The position numbers and the translations under genes were made by a program. Positions 55,197-64,000 of a stretch of 64,000 nt of DNA are shown piece by piece. The stretch spans positions 2,240,001-2,304,000 of the forward strand of contig CAWGMQ010000010.1 in NCBI GenBank assembly GCA_963823665.1, read 5' to 3'. This stretch comes from an uncultured Planctomycetota bacterium. Lineage in GTDB: Bacteria; Planctomycetota; Planctomycetia; Isosphaerales; Isosphaeraceae. Positions within the stretch are counted from its first letter, which is position 1, and every line of letters begins with the position of its first letter. Under the pieces are notes generated by a model that was not told the DNA's origin, did no database searches, and worked only from the letters and a program-made list of their open reading frames with translations.

Positions 55197-56366
55197 ATGG
55201 CCTACGCGACGACCGTCGAGCGCCACAAGACCCGTGAAGTGGGCCTTGGAGGGCAGATTGTCGGGGGTGACAATCCCGTCTCGGTGCAGTCGATGACCAC
55301 CACCAACACCTTCGACGTTGCCCAGACGCTCGCTCAGATTCACCGGCTCGAAGAGGTTGGGTGCGAGATCGTGCGCGTGACCGTGCCCAAGAAGGAAGAC
55401 GTTGAAGCCGTCAAGTTGATTCGTGACCAGATCAGCATCCCCTTGATTGCCGATATCCATTATGATTACCGCATGGCGCTGCAATGCCTGGACGCGGTGA
55501 CTCCCTCCGGAAAGCACGCCGTCGACAAGATCCGGATCAACCCCGGCAATATCGGCGGCGAAGAGCGATTCATGGAAATCGTGCGCAAGGCGCGTGATAA
55601 AGGCATCCCGATGCGTGTCGGGGTAAATTCGGGGAGCCTTGAGAAAGACCTGATCGACAAGTACGGGTATCCTTGCCCCGAAGCGATGGTCGAGAGCGCG
55701 CTGCGGTACATCGAGATGGCCGAGCGGCTCGGCTACAAGCTCATGATCATCAGCCTGAAGGCCAGCCATGTGCCCACTGCCGTCGCTTGCTACACGCAGT
55801 ACGCAGCGCAGAGCGACTACCCCACGCACGTAGGCATCACCGAGGCCGGCTCCCGTGAGTATGGCACGCTCAAGAGCGCGGCCGGCATCGGGGCGGTGCT
55901 CCTGCGCGGTATCGGCGATACGATTCGCGTTTCCCTCCTGGGTGACCCCGTGCCCGAGATTGCGGCTGGGTTTGACATCTTGCGCGCCTGCGACCGGCGG
56001 GTGACCAAGCCCGAGGTCGTCGCTTGCCCCACCTGCGGGCGGCTTGACATCGACCTCGAGCGCATCGTGGCCGAAGTCGAAGACAAGATGAAGGACATGA
56101 AGAACCCGCTGCGCATCAGCATCCTGGGCTGCCTGGTCAACGGCTTCGGCGAAGCCAAGGAGGCCGATCTGGGCATCGCCGCAGGCGCCGGCAAGGGCAT
56201 CATTTTCAAGCGCGGTGTGCCGATTCGCCACGTCAAGGAAGCCGACATGGTGCAGGCCCTGCTTGAGGAAGTTGAGCGGTTTGACGAAGAGACTCGTCCG
56301 CTCGATTCGTACATCGAGAAGGAAAAGCAGAAGCAGCAGAAGCTGGCCTTGCCGGTGCTGAACTGA
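55197..56366 (+). CDS. ispG: 4-hydroxy-3-methylbut-2-en-1-yl diphosphate synthase
   Basis: VQSMT, ADIHY, RINPGN, GVNSGSL, GIGDTIRVSL, CPTCGR and GCLVNG. Confidence 0.97.
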   Translation: MAYATTVERHKTREVGLGGQIVGGDNPVSVQSMTTTNTFDVAQTLAQIHRLEEVGCEIVRVTVPKKEDVEAVKLIRDQISIPLIADIHYDYRMALQCLDAVTPSGKHAVDKIRINPGNIGGEERFMEIVRKARDKGIPMRVGVNSGSLEKDLIDKYGYPCPEAMVESALRYIEMAERLGYKLMIISLKASHVPTAVACYTQYAAQSDYPTHVGITEAGSREYGTLKSAAGIGAVLLRGIGDTIRVSLLGDPVPEIAAGFDILRACDRRVTKPEVVACPTCGRLDIDLERIVAEVEDKMKDMKNPLRISILGCLVNGFGEAKEADLGIAAGAGKGIIFKRGVPIRHVKEADMVQALLEEVERFDEETRPLDSYIEKEKQKQQKLALPVLN

Positions 56367-56375
56367 GGCGATTGA

Positions 56376-57845
56376 TCAGCCCTGCTTGAGCCCGATTGAG
56401 ACGCATTTGGTTTCCAGGTAGGCATCGAGCCCTTCGATGCCCAGCTCGCGGCCCATGCCTGATTCCTTCATGCCGCCGAAGGGGCATTGCGGCGTGGCGG
56501 GGACCGGGTCGTTGATGCCGATGATGCCCGCTTCGAGGCCTTCGGCCATGCGAGTGGCGACCGTCAGGTCATTGGTGAAGACATACGCGGCCAGCCCGTA
56601 CGGCGTATTGTTGGCGGCGGCAATTACGTCGTCGATTTTCGAGAAGTCGATGAGCGGCATGACGGGTGCGAAGGGCTCTTCGGTCATGACCTGCATGCCA
56701 TTCGTGACCTCACGCAGCACGGTCGGCTCGAACCAGAAGCCTTTTGAAAAGCGGGTCGAGCGGGCACCGCCGGTCAAGACCTTGGCACCCTTGCCGCGGG
56801 CATCGTCCACGAGCGCCGCGGTCTTTTCAAGTGCCTTGGCCTCGAACATCGGGCCGACCTGCACGCCCGGCTCCAGTCCGTTGCCGATGTTGAGCTTCTT
56901 CGTCAGCTCGACGGCGGCCTCGGTGAAGCCCTTGGCGATCTTCTCGTGCAGGTAGAACCTCGACGGCGAGATGCACACCTGGCCGTTATTGCGGAACTTG
57001 CCCAGTACGGCTGCCTGTGCGACCTGCTCGATGTCGGCGTCCGGAAAAACGATCAGCGGTGCGTGCCCGCCCAGTTCGAGGCTCAGCCGCTTGACCTGCG
57101 CGGCCGATCGCTTGATCAGTTCCTTGCCGACCTCGGTCGACCCCGTGAAGCTGATCTTGCGCACGGCCGGGCTCTCGAAGAAGACGTCGGCAAGCGCGCG
57201 CGAGGGCCCAAGCACCAGGTTCGCCACGCCCGGCGGCGCGCCGGCATCGGCAAGGCATGCGAACATCTGGATCAAGGTCAGCGGAGTCTGGTCCGCCGGC
57301 CGGCTCACGACCGTGCAGCCCGCTGCCATCGCCGCCGCGATCTTCCGGCTGGGCAGCGCGGCCGGGAAATTCCACGGGGTGATCGTGCACACGACGCCGA
57401 CGGGATGCTTGATCGCGTAATAGCGCTTGGCGATGTTGGCCGGCGGAATGATCCTCCCATACGTGCGCTTGCCCTCCTCGGCAAACCACTCGAACGTATC
57501 GGCCGCGTGCAGCACCTCGGTCTTGGCCTCGGCCAGCGGCTTGCCCTGCTCCATCGTCAGTGTTCGACCGATCGTCTCGACGCGGTCGCGCATCAACTCG
57601 GCCGTTTTCTTCAAGACCTTACCGCGGTCATACGCCGACAAGGCGCGCCAGGCAGGAAACGCCCGGCTCGCCGCATCGATCGCGCGCCGGGCTTCGTCAG
57701 CGGATCCATAAGCCACCTCCGCGACCACCGACTCATCCGCCGGATTGATCACAGCCAGCGTCTTGCCCGTAAGCGCGTCGCACCACGCACCCTCGATGTA
57801 CATCTGCGTCGGAATCTTCTCTGCAACTGCGGTCGACATGGGCAT
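56376..57845 (-). CDS. gabD: NAD(P)-dependent succinate-semialdehyde dehydrogenase family aldehyde dehydrogenase
   Basis: ITPWNFP, FTGST, ELGGHAP, FRNNGQVC, EEPFAP and PFGGMKESG. Confidence 0.85.
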   Translation of the reverse strand: MPMSTAVAEKIPTQMYIEGAWCDALTGKTLAVINPADESVVAEVAYGSADEARRAIDAASRAFPAWRALSAYDRGKVLKKTAELMRDRVETIGRTLTMEQGKPLAEAKTEVLHAADTFEWFAEEGKRTYGRIIPPANIAKRYYAIKHPVGVVCTITPWNFPAALPSRKIAAAMAAGCTVVSRPADQTPLTLIQMFACLADAGAPPGVANLVLGPSRALADVFFESPAVRKISFTGSTEVGKELIKRSAAQVKRLSLELGGHAPLIVFPDADIEQVAQAAVLGKFRNNGQVCISPSRFYLHEKIAKGFTEAAVELTKKLNIGNGLEPGVQVGPMFEAKALEKTAALVDDARGKGAKVLTGGARSTRFSKGFWFEPTVLREVTNGMQVMTEEPFAPVMPLIDFSKIDDVIAAANNTPYGLAAYVFTNDLTVATRMAEGLEAGIIGINDPVPATPQCPFGGMKESGMGRELGIEGLDAYLETKCVSIGLKQG

Positions 57846-58152
57846 CTCGCTCCCCTCGTGGCTCAACCTTGCTGTGATACGAATGACGCGGCCGGATCTC
57901 CTCGGACTACCAGAGGCCCGGCTTCTTGCATCGTAAAGGCATGATCAAGTGCCAGGATAGCGGCCGTGTGAACCACATTCAATGACGGGCCTCAGCGGAG
58001 AGGCTGTGCCTCCCCACCTACGAGTCTTTCCCAAATCGCCCATTCTCAAACGATAACTCGCTAAACCCGGAGCAACCGGCTCAACTCTCCCGATCGTTCC
58101 AGCCGATATCTAAGTACAAGGCATATCACCGGGCGCGAGCGGTATAGCAAGC

Positions 58153-58821
58153 ATGGATGTAGCGTCCCTTTCTTTAGCCTGTGAGTGGAGCATGATCGCA
58201 TTCACGTGCCAGGTTCAACGGAATCCTGGAGCTCCGTCAGTTGCTCGCCGCAGGTCAGGCTTTCAGCCTGACGTTCGGCCTTCAAGAAGGCACCAGATCA
58301 CTCGGCTGGCTGGGATTGCGCTCTTGGTCGTGTCGTGTCAACTCGGGGCCTCGCATACAGCTTCGGCCTCACCGATCAAGCACTCGCATCCTCTCTCGGA
58401 AACAGCACGTCTCGACGCGGAGCTTGGTCATTCCTGGGCCGCTTATTTGATGGCGGGGCCGAGCGTGTGGACCAAGGTTATCCATCCAGAAGTGACTCCT
58501 GACCTTCGCACGGCGATCTGGCAGGCGCTCGGGAGCACGGACGCGGCGTCGAACCCGATGGTGGAATTCCTGCTCTGGAAACAGAGCCTCGACCCGGCCC
58601 GATTCGCCCGATATCACCCCCACGTTGCGCCGATTCTCAACCGGATTTCGACGGCGAGCCTGGGAAGTCAGACGACCGCGCCCTCGACATCGACGAGCAC
58701 CAGCACGACCCCGATCATACAGCCCCAGACACTGACGCCAGCCGTTCCCGAGCCCGGCCCTTGGCTGCTGGCCCTGGGGATGACCGGATGGGGCCTCTGG
58801 TGGCGCAGGCGGCCGCGGTGA
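58153..58821 (+). CDS. PEP-CTERM sorting-domain protein
   Basis: C-terminal S/T linker, VPEP, hydrophobic segment and WRRRPR. Start uncertain. Confidence 0.8.
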   Translation: MDVASLSLACEWSMIAFTCQVQRNPGAPSVARRRSGFQPDVRPSRRHQITRLAGIALLVVSCQLGASHTASASPIKHSHPLSETARLDAELGHSWAAYLMAGPSVWTKVIHPEVTPDLRTAIWQALGSTDAASNPMVEFLLWKQSLDPARFARYHPHVAPILNRISTASLGSQTTAPSTSTSTSTTPIIQPQTLTPAVPEPGPWLLALGMTGWGLWWRRRPR

Positions 58822-58950
58822 GTGACGAAACAGCGGGGCGATGGTAAATTCGAGCGGCAAGCTTACACGTGAACCGCCCGACACACGCCCTTGTCCGGTT
58901 GTTGGTGGAGAGATTCGAGGCTTCGGGCCAGGCCGAGCAACACGGAACGG

Positions 58951-60541
58951 ATGATGTCAGACAAACCGCGATATTTCATCACGACGGCGATCGACTACCC
59001 CAACAGCCGGCCGCACATCGGCACGGCGTTCGAGAAGATCGGGGCCGACGTGCAAGCCCGCTTCCGCCGCATGGAGGGCTTCGACGTCCACTTCTTGATG
59101 GGGAACGACGAGAACACGATCAAGGTGCCCCAGCGCGCCCGCGACCTGGGCGTGAGCCCCCAGGAATACGTGGATGACATGGCGCGGCAGTTCCAGGACG
59201 TCTGGCGCGCGCTCGACATCTCGTACGACGAATTCATCCAGACGAGCGAGCCGCGGCACCATACCGGCTGCCAGAAGTTCATCCAGGCCGTCTTCGATGC
59301 GGGCGACATCTACAAAGGCGTGTATCAAGGCCACTACTGCAACGGCTGCGAGACCTTCAAGACCGAGAAGGAAGTGGAAGAAGGCAACGGGAGGTGCCCG
59401 AATCACCCGAACACTGCGCTCGTCTGGCTCGAAGAGAACAACTACTTCTTCCGCCTCTCGGCCTATCGCGACAAGCTGCTCGCGCACTATGCGGCCCATC
59501 CCGAGTTCATTCAGCCCGAAAGCCGGCGCAACGAGGTGGTGAACCTGGTCGAGACCGAGCTCAGGGATATTGCCATCACCCGCAAAGGGTTCTCCTGGGG
59601 CATCAAGGTGCCGTTCGACCCCGAGCAGACGATCTACGTCTGGTTCGACGCCTTGCTCAACTACATCACCGCGATCGGCTACGGGACCGACGAAGAGCGA
59701 TTCAGGAAGATCTGGCCGGCGAGCGTGCACGTCATCGGCAAGGACATCACTCGGTTCCACTGCGCTTTATGGCCGGCCATGCTAATGTCGGCCGGAGTGC
59801 CGCTGCCTGAGCGCGTGTTCGGCCACGGCTTCGTCTATCGCAAGAATGAAGAAACCGGCGAGGTGCAGAAGCTTTCGCAAGACGCTGGGAAACGTCGTCG
59901 AGCCCATGGAGCTCATCGACAAGTTCTCCGTCGAGGGCTTTCGGTACTATTTCATGAGCCAGTGCCCCTTCGGCGGCGACGGCGAGTTTTCGTTCGAGCG
60001 CTTTGCGGAGACGTACAACAGCGGTCTGGCCAATAACCTGGGGAACCTTTACAGCCGCATCCTGACGATGTGCATCAAGTATTTCGACGGCCGGTTCGAG
60101 AATGCCGCGGCCGTCGATGTGACTCAGTGGCGGCGTGGTGTCGATATGGCTGACCTGGTCTCGTCGCTCCGAATCGCGATCGGCTCGTTCGACTACAGCT
60201 CGTCATTGCAGCGGATCTGGCGCGACGTGATTGACGTGGCCAACCGATACATCCAGGAGACGGAGCCGTTCAAGCTGGCGAAGACCGATCTGGAAGCCTG
60301 CCGCGCCGTGCTGGTGAACCTCGCCGAGTGGCTGCGGGTAGCCGCGATCTTGATCAAGCCTTTTCTCCCGCGCACGGCCGAGACGTTTTACCGGGCGTTC
60401 AATTTCGAAGAGATTCGGGCGTGGGATCAGGTCAGCTATACGGATGCGGCGGCGCCGCAACTACCGGGTCTGCTCAATGTCACAGCTCCGATAAGCGGCG
60501 GCAAGCCGGCGCCGCTGTTTCCGAAGATTGAAGCGCGGTGA
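58951..60541 (+). CDS. metG: Methionine--tRNA ligase (short form; frameshift ~59878)
   Basis: ITTAIDYPN..HIG, YVWFDALLNY, GKDI, KLSKTLGN once one base is removed, and LANNLGNL. Confidence 0.95.
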
Positions 60542-60552
60542 GTTTTCTTAAT

Positions 60553-60577
60553 GTAGCAGGCACACGCCGTGTGCCGT
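60553..60577 (+). repeat. GTAG-type REP-like hairpin
   Basis: GTAGCA-GGCACAC-gcc-GTGTGCC. Confidence 0.55.
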
Positions 60578-60606
60578 AACTGGATTACATCGCGCGGACT
60601 GCGACT

Positions 60607-60667
60607 ACTACCAAAGTCGCACTTCGCGCCTGAAAAGCGGACGCACTTTCGCGGAGCGAAAGGCGAC
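60607..60667. repeat. Palindromic REP-like element, copy 2
   Basis: Its reverse complement shares GTCGCCTTTCGCTCCGCGAAAGTGC (25 nt) and GCGACTTTGGTAGT with 39381-39441. Confidence 0.8.
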
Positions 60668-60668
60668 T

Positions 60669-61034
60669 TTAGTTTGGGGCAAACTTGTCCGCGAGTTCCA
60701 GCGTGCCCCACACGAAGAGCCCGACTACGAATCCGGAAACCGCACCGACAAACGTTGCGCTGAGCAAAACCGCCAAGCTCACGCCGTAGTTGGTGGTTGC
60801 GGCAATATACGCCGTCCAACCGTAATACACCACGATTCCCCCCGCGATGCCGCCCAGAATTCCTCCTCCATCCCGCCACCGGTGAATGAGAGCCCCAATG
60901 AGCTGCCCCGGGACGAGAGCAAAAAGGAGTTTCACCGTCAGATCCAATATGCGACAGAGCGCGAAGAACAGCGCGCACCCGGCAACCACGACCATTATCT
61001 GCCCGAGAGTAAAACGCACATTCGGTCGGTTCAT
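60669..61034 (-). CDS. Small hypothetical membrane protein
   Basis: About four hydrophobic segments; N-terminus RFTLGQIMVVVA. Confidence 0.7.
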   Translation of the reverse strand: MNRPNVRFTLGQIMVVVAGCALFFALCRILDLTVKLLFALVPGQLIGALIHRWRDGGGILGGIAGGIVVYYGWTAYIAATTNYGVSLAVLLSATFVGAVSGFVVGLFVWGTLELADKFAPN

Positions 61035-61073
61035 GGGTGCTGCTCGGAGTGCGGCCGGAAGCGTACGCGATCC

Positions 61074-62519
61074 TCATTCCACGTTGACGCTGTCGAGACC
61101 TGTCGTCGACAGAACGTGGCGCCGGGATTCGACGGCAGGCTCGATCGGCAGCGTCACCATCATCTCCGTGCCGCCGGCCTTTCCACCGTGTGCTTCGATC
61201 GTACCGCCGTGGGCGCCTGCAATCCACTTGCAGATGCTGAGACCCAATCCGCAGCCAAGCGAGGCTCGGGCGGGGTCGACTTGATAGAACCGCTCGAACA
61301 CGTGCGGCAGGTGCTCCGGAGGAATCCCGATGCCGGTGTCCGTGACGCGGAGCACCGCGGCTGCGTCAGTCACCTCCACTCGCACGGTCACGGAGCCGCC
61401 TGCATCTGTGAAGCGGATCGCATTGTCAAGGAGGTTGGTGACCAGTTGCCGGAGCCGTGACGGGTCTCCCTCGATCACCACGGGCTGCGAGCTCTCGGCA
61501 ACGAGACGAACTCCCTTGTCGTCCGCGACCGGCTCGAACATCTCCACCACGTCGCGCACCAGCACAGCCAGATCGACTGATTCTCGTGTGATGGCAATTT
61601 CACCCGCATCGGACCGTGCCAGTAGCAACAGGCCATTCACCAGAGCGGTCAATCGCTCGCACTGGCTACTGAGCGTGCAGAGGGTTTCCTGATACTCGTC
61701 GGGCGCTCGGGGCTTTTGCAAGGCAAGCTCGATCGCCGCTTGCATCGCTCCCAGCGGGCTGCGCAGCTCGTGCGAGGCATCCGCGGTGAAGCGACTAGCC
61801 TGTGTATGAAAGGCCGCCAGGCGGTCGAGCAAGCCGTTGATCGTCGCGGCAAGCTCGTCGAGCTCGTCGCCGGATCCCGTTCGCGGCAAGCGCTCGGAGA
61901 GATTCTTGGCATCCAGTCGCCGGGCCGAGCGGATGCTCTGGGCGATGGGACGCAATGCTTGCCGCGACAGCAAGACGCCCCCCGCGGCGGCAAGGATGAG
62001 CACGGCAAGGGCCCCTCCGGCGATCTGCCGGTCGAATGCTGCGATGGTCTCTTCGGTCTCGGCCAGAGACATCCCCAGCTCGAGCGAAAGCCCCGCGCTC
62101 GCCGAGGTAGCCGTGAGCACGCGGAATTTACTGGAAACGCCCACAAGCTCGATCGTACGGGGCGAACGCGGCGGCGCCGGCCTCGCGGCCAACAGCTCCG
62201 CTGCATTCGTGAGCGGCGAGTGGGAGACTCTCGATCGCTCGCGGAGGACGACAATCAGCCCCTCGGGCTCGTACGCCATGACCTCGCGGCCGATCTCGGC
62301 ATCTAGCTCTTCCCGGCCGCCGGGCCGTTCATCCCTGACGACCGCGAGCAGCTCGGCCGCCTTGCGCTCGAGAAAGGCGTCGTTGCGGGATTCCAGCACG
62401 CGAACCAGCCCAACATGCACACAGAGAAAGCCGGCCGCCATCGTCCCGGCCAGAACCAGGCCCCACCACAGCATGAGCCTGGTTCGCAGCCCAAGCGGCC
62501 TACGTCTCGCGGATGACAT
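61074..62519 (-). CDS. Heavy-metal-type (CusS/CzcS-like) sensor histidine kinase
   Basis: Two TM segments, HAMP, FTADASHELRSPL, NLLDNAIRF, DTGIGI, FERFYQ and GLGLSI. Confidence 0.92.
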   Translation of the reverse strand: MSSARRRPLGLRTRLMLWWGLVLAGTMAAGFLCVHVGLVRVLESRNDAFLERKAAELLAVVRDERPGGREELDAEIGREVMAYEPEGLIVVLRERSRVSHSPLTNAAELLAARPAPPRSPRTIELVGVSSKFRVLTATSASAGLSLELGMSLAETEETIAAFDRQIAGGALAVLILAAAGGVLLSRQALRPIAQSIRSARRLDAKNLSERLPRTGSGDELDELAATINGLLDRLAAFHTQASRFTADASHELRSPLGAMQAAIELALQKPRAPDEYQETLCTLSSQCERLTALVNGLLLLARSDAGEIAITRESVDLAVLVRDVVEMFEPVADDKGVRLVAESSQPVVIEGDPSRLRQLVTNLLDNAIRFTDAGGSVTVRVEVTDAAAVLRVTDTGIGIPPEHLPHVFERFYQVDPARASLGCGLGLSICKWIAGAHGGTIEAHGGKAGGTEMMVTLPIEPAVESRRHVLSTTGLDSVNVE

Positions 62520-63171
62520 AGCCCACTCCACGCAGCGTGTGGATCAGGGACCGATCAAACCCGCGATCGACCTTGTTCCTCAGCCGATTGATGTGAACAT
62601 CCACGACGTTCGTCAAGCCGTCGAACTCGTAATTCCACACATGTTCCTGGATCATCGTCCTGCTCACGACTTGCCCTGCGTGGCGCATCAGGTACTGGAG
62701 CAGAACGAATTGCTTGGCGGAAAGATCGATGCGTTTGCCGCTTCGTTCCACCACGCGCGTCGCGGGATCGAGGGACAATTCACCGACCCGCAAGATCGCC
62801 TGAGGGATGTCGGGTCCTCGGCGCAGCACGACCCGGATCCGGGCAAGCAGCTCGGCAAAAGAAAACGGCTTGATCAGGTAGTCGTCCGCACCGGAATCGA
62901 GCCCAGCGACCCGGTCGTCCACCGCGCTCTTCGCGGTCAGGAAGATGGCGGGCGTGCGTACGTCACCATTGCGCAAGCTGCGCAGGAGGTCCAATCCATC
63001 CCGGCCAGGAAGCATGCGATCGAGGATGAGCAAGTCATAAACGCCGGTTGCCGCGTGCACAAAGCCTTCGTTGCCGTCGGTAACGAGGTCGACCGCGAAT
63101 CCGTGTTCGATCAAGCCTCGCTTCAGATACGGCCCCATGTCCGGGTTGTCTTCCACCACCAGCACGCGCAT
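62500..63171 (-). CDS. OmpR-family (CusR/CzcR-like) response regulator
   Basis: VLVVED, LDRMLPG, GADDYLIKPF, NVVDVHI and IHTLRGVGY. Confidence 0.95.
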   Translation of the reverse strand: MRVLVVEDNPDMGPYLKRGLIEHGFAVDLVTDGNEGFVHAATGVYDLLILDRMLPGRDGLDLLRSLRNGDVRTPAIFLTAKSAVDDRVAGLDSGADDYLIKPFSFAELLARIRVVLRRGPDIPQAILRVGELSLDPATRVVERSGKRIDLSAKQFVLLQYLMRHAGQVVSRTMIQEHVWNYEFDGLTNVVDVHINRLRNKVDRGFDRSLIHTLRGVGYVIRET

Positions 63172-63246
63172 CGCCACGAAGCTCCGGGTCAAGATCGCGC
63201 AAGTTCCCGCACGTCACATTCTAATCGGCGCGACCGCTCCATGGGG

Positions 63247-63268
63247 AAGATTACAGTCCTGTCATCTT
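63247..63268. promoter_or_regulatory. CusR/CopR-box-like inverted repeat in a divergent promoter
   Basis: AAGATTACAG-TC-CTGTCATCTT (9/10 inverted match); TATACT at 63298. Confidence 0.65.
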
Positions 63269-63346
63269 GACGCCACGCTCCGGTCATGTCGCAGAACTAT
63301 ACTGGTTTCCCTTGCAGATCGAGATTGCCGTTTTCGAAGGCTGCGA

Positions 63347-64000
63347 ATGCAGAATCGACGTCTAATCAGCAAAGCGATGCCGGGTTTCACGTTGATCGAG
63401 CTCCTGGTGGTCGTCACGATCATCAGCGTGTTGATCGCGCTCTTGCTGCCCGCGGTGCAAGGCGCTCGCGAAGGCGCGCGACGAGCACAGTGTATCAATA
63501 ACCTCAAGCAGCTTGGGCTGGCACTCCACAACTACGAGAACGCGACTCGGGTTTTCCCGCCGGGTTACATCTCGAATTTCGATGCAAGTGGAAACGACAC
63601 CGGCCCGGGCTGGGGCTGGGTTGGCATGATTCTGCCGCAATTCGAGCAACGGTCGCTTTTTGATGCGGTCAACTTCACGCGAGCGATCGAGGATACTTCG
63701 AACGCGAGCTGCCTCGGTCCGCGACTCTCGGTCTGCCTTTGTCCGTCGGATGATGCTCCGCTGTCGTGGCTGGCCGTGGCGCGCGATGCCAGCGGCAATC
63801 CGGTCCGGAGCATCTGCCAGGTGCCGTCGGCGAACTACGTGGGCATGTACGGGACGAGCGACCCGGGAATCGACGGCGGCGGCATCTTTTTCCGCGACAG
63901 CAATATCGGCATCCCCAACATCACCGACGGAACGGCGCAGACGATCGCCGTCGGCGAGCGAGGCCATGCGCTCGGCGAAGCGACGTGGGTCGGATCGGTG
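63347..64000 (+). CDS. DUF1559 protein with prepilin-type N-terminal methylation motif (3'-partial)
   Basis: GFTLIELLVVVTIISVLIALLLPAVQGAREGARRAQCINNLKQLGLALHNYE..ITDGT; open to the window end. Confidence 0.92.
   Translation, partial: MQNRRLISKAMPGFTLIELLVVVTIISVLIALLLPAVQGAREGARRAQCINNLKQLGLALHNYENATRVFPPGYISNFDASGNDTGPGWGWVGMILPQFEQRSLFDAVNFTRAIEDTSNASCLGPRLSVCLCPSDDAPLSWLAVARDASGNPVRSICQVPSANYVGMYGTSDPGIDGGGIFFRDSNIGIPNITDGTAQTIAVGERGHALGEATWVGSV

Noticed and set aside
1..64000. tRNA, rRNA, riboswitch, integrase or transposase genes
   Set aside because: None recognised by eye; a covariance-model search would be needed to exclude small RNAs.

Overview
High-GC bacterial DNA, almost certainly from a planctomycete: it carries a LEALENRIVLA-type N-terminal motif, DUF1559, PSD1/DUF1549/DUF1553, DUF1501 and an ECF-kinase pair. 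The first 19 kb is one giant exported protein gene on the minus strand (over 6,300 aa, running off the window). It is built from five Ig+PPC+PPC scaffold units carrying inserted FG-GAP and LamG domains, a near-identical 2,838-bp repeat in about 2.9 copies, and about 19 CARDB-like repeats. Divergent from it are an ECF sigma factor, a TPR Ser/Thr kinase, a decayed CHAT gene and a PIN toxin-antitoxin pair. The rest holds a redoxin/cytochrome c/monooxygenase-like fusion, lnt, tandem ABC permeases, a PSD1-DUF1501 pair, BlaI with two M56 peptidases ending in secretin-like domains, GH51, a MetE-like gene, xylB, GT39, a truncated YhcG with in-frame palindromic repeats, ispG, gabD, a PEP-CTERM protein, metG, a CusRS-like pair with a cop/CusR-like box, and several REP-like elements. 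Many genes, including metG, have single-base frameshifts that are probably sequencing errors. All family calls come from motif recognition by eye, not database searches.
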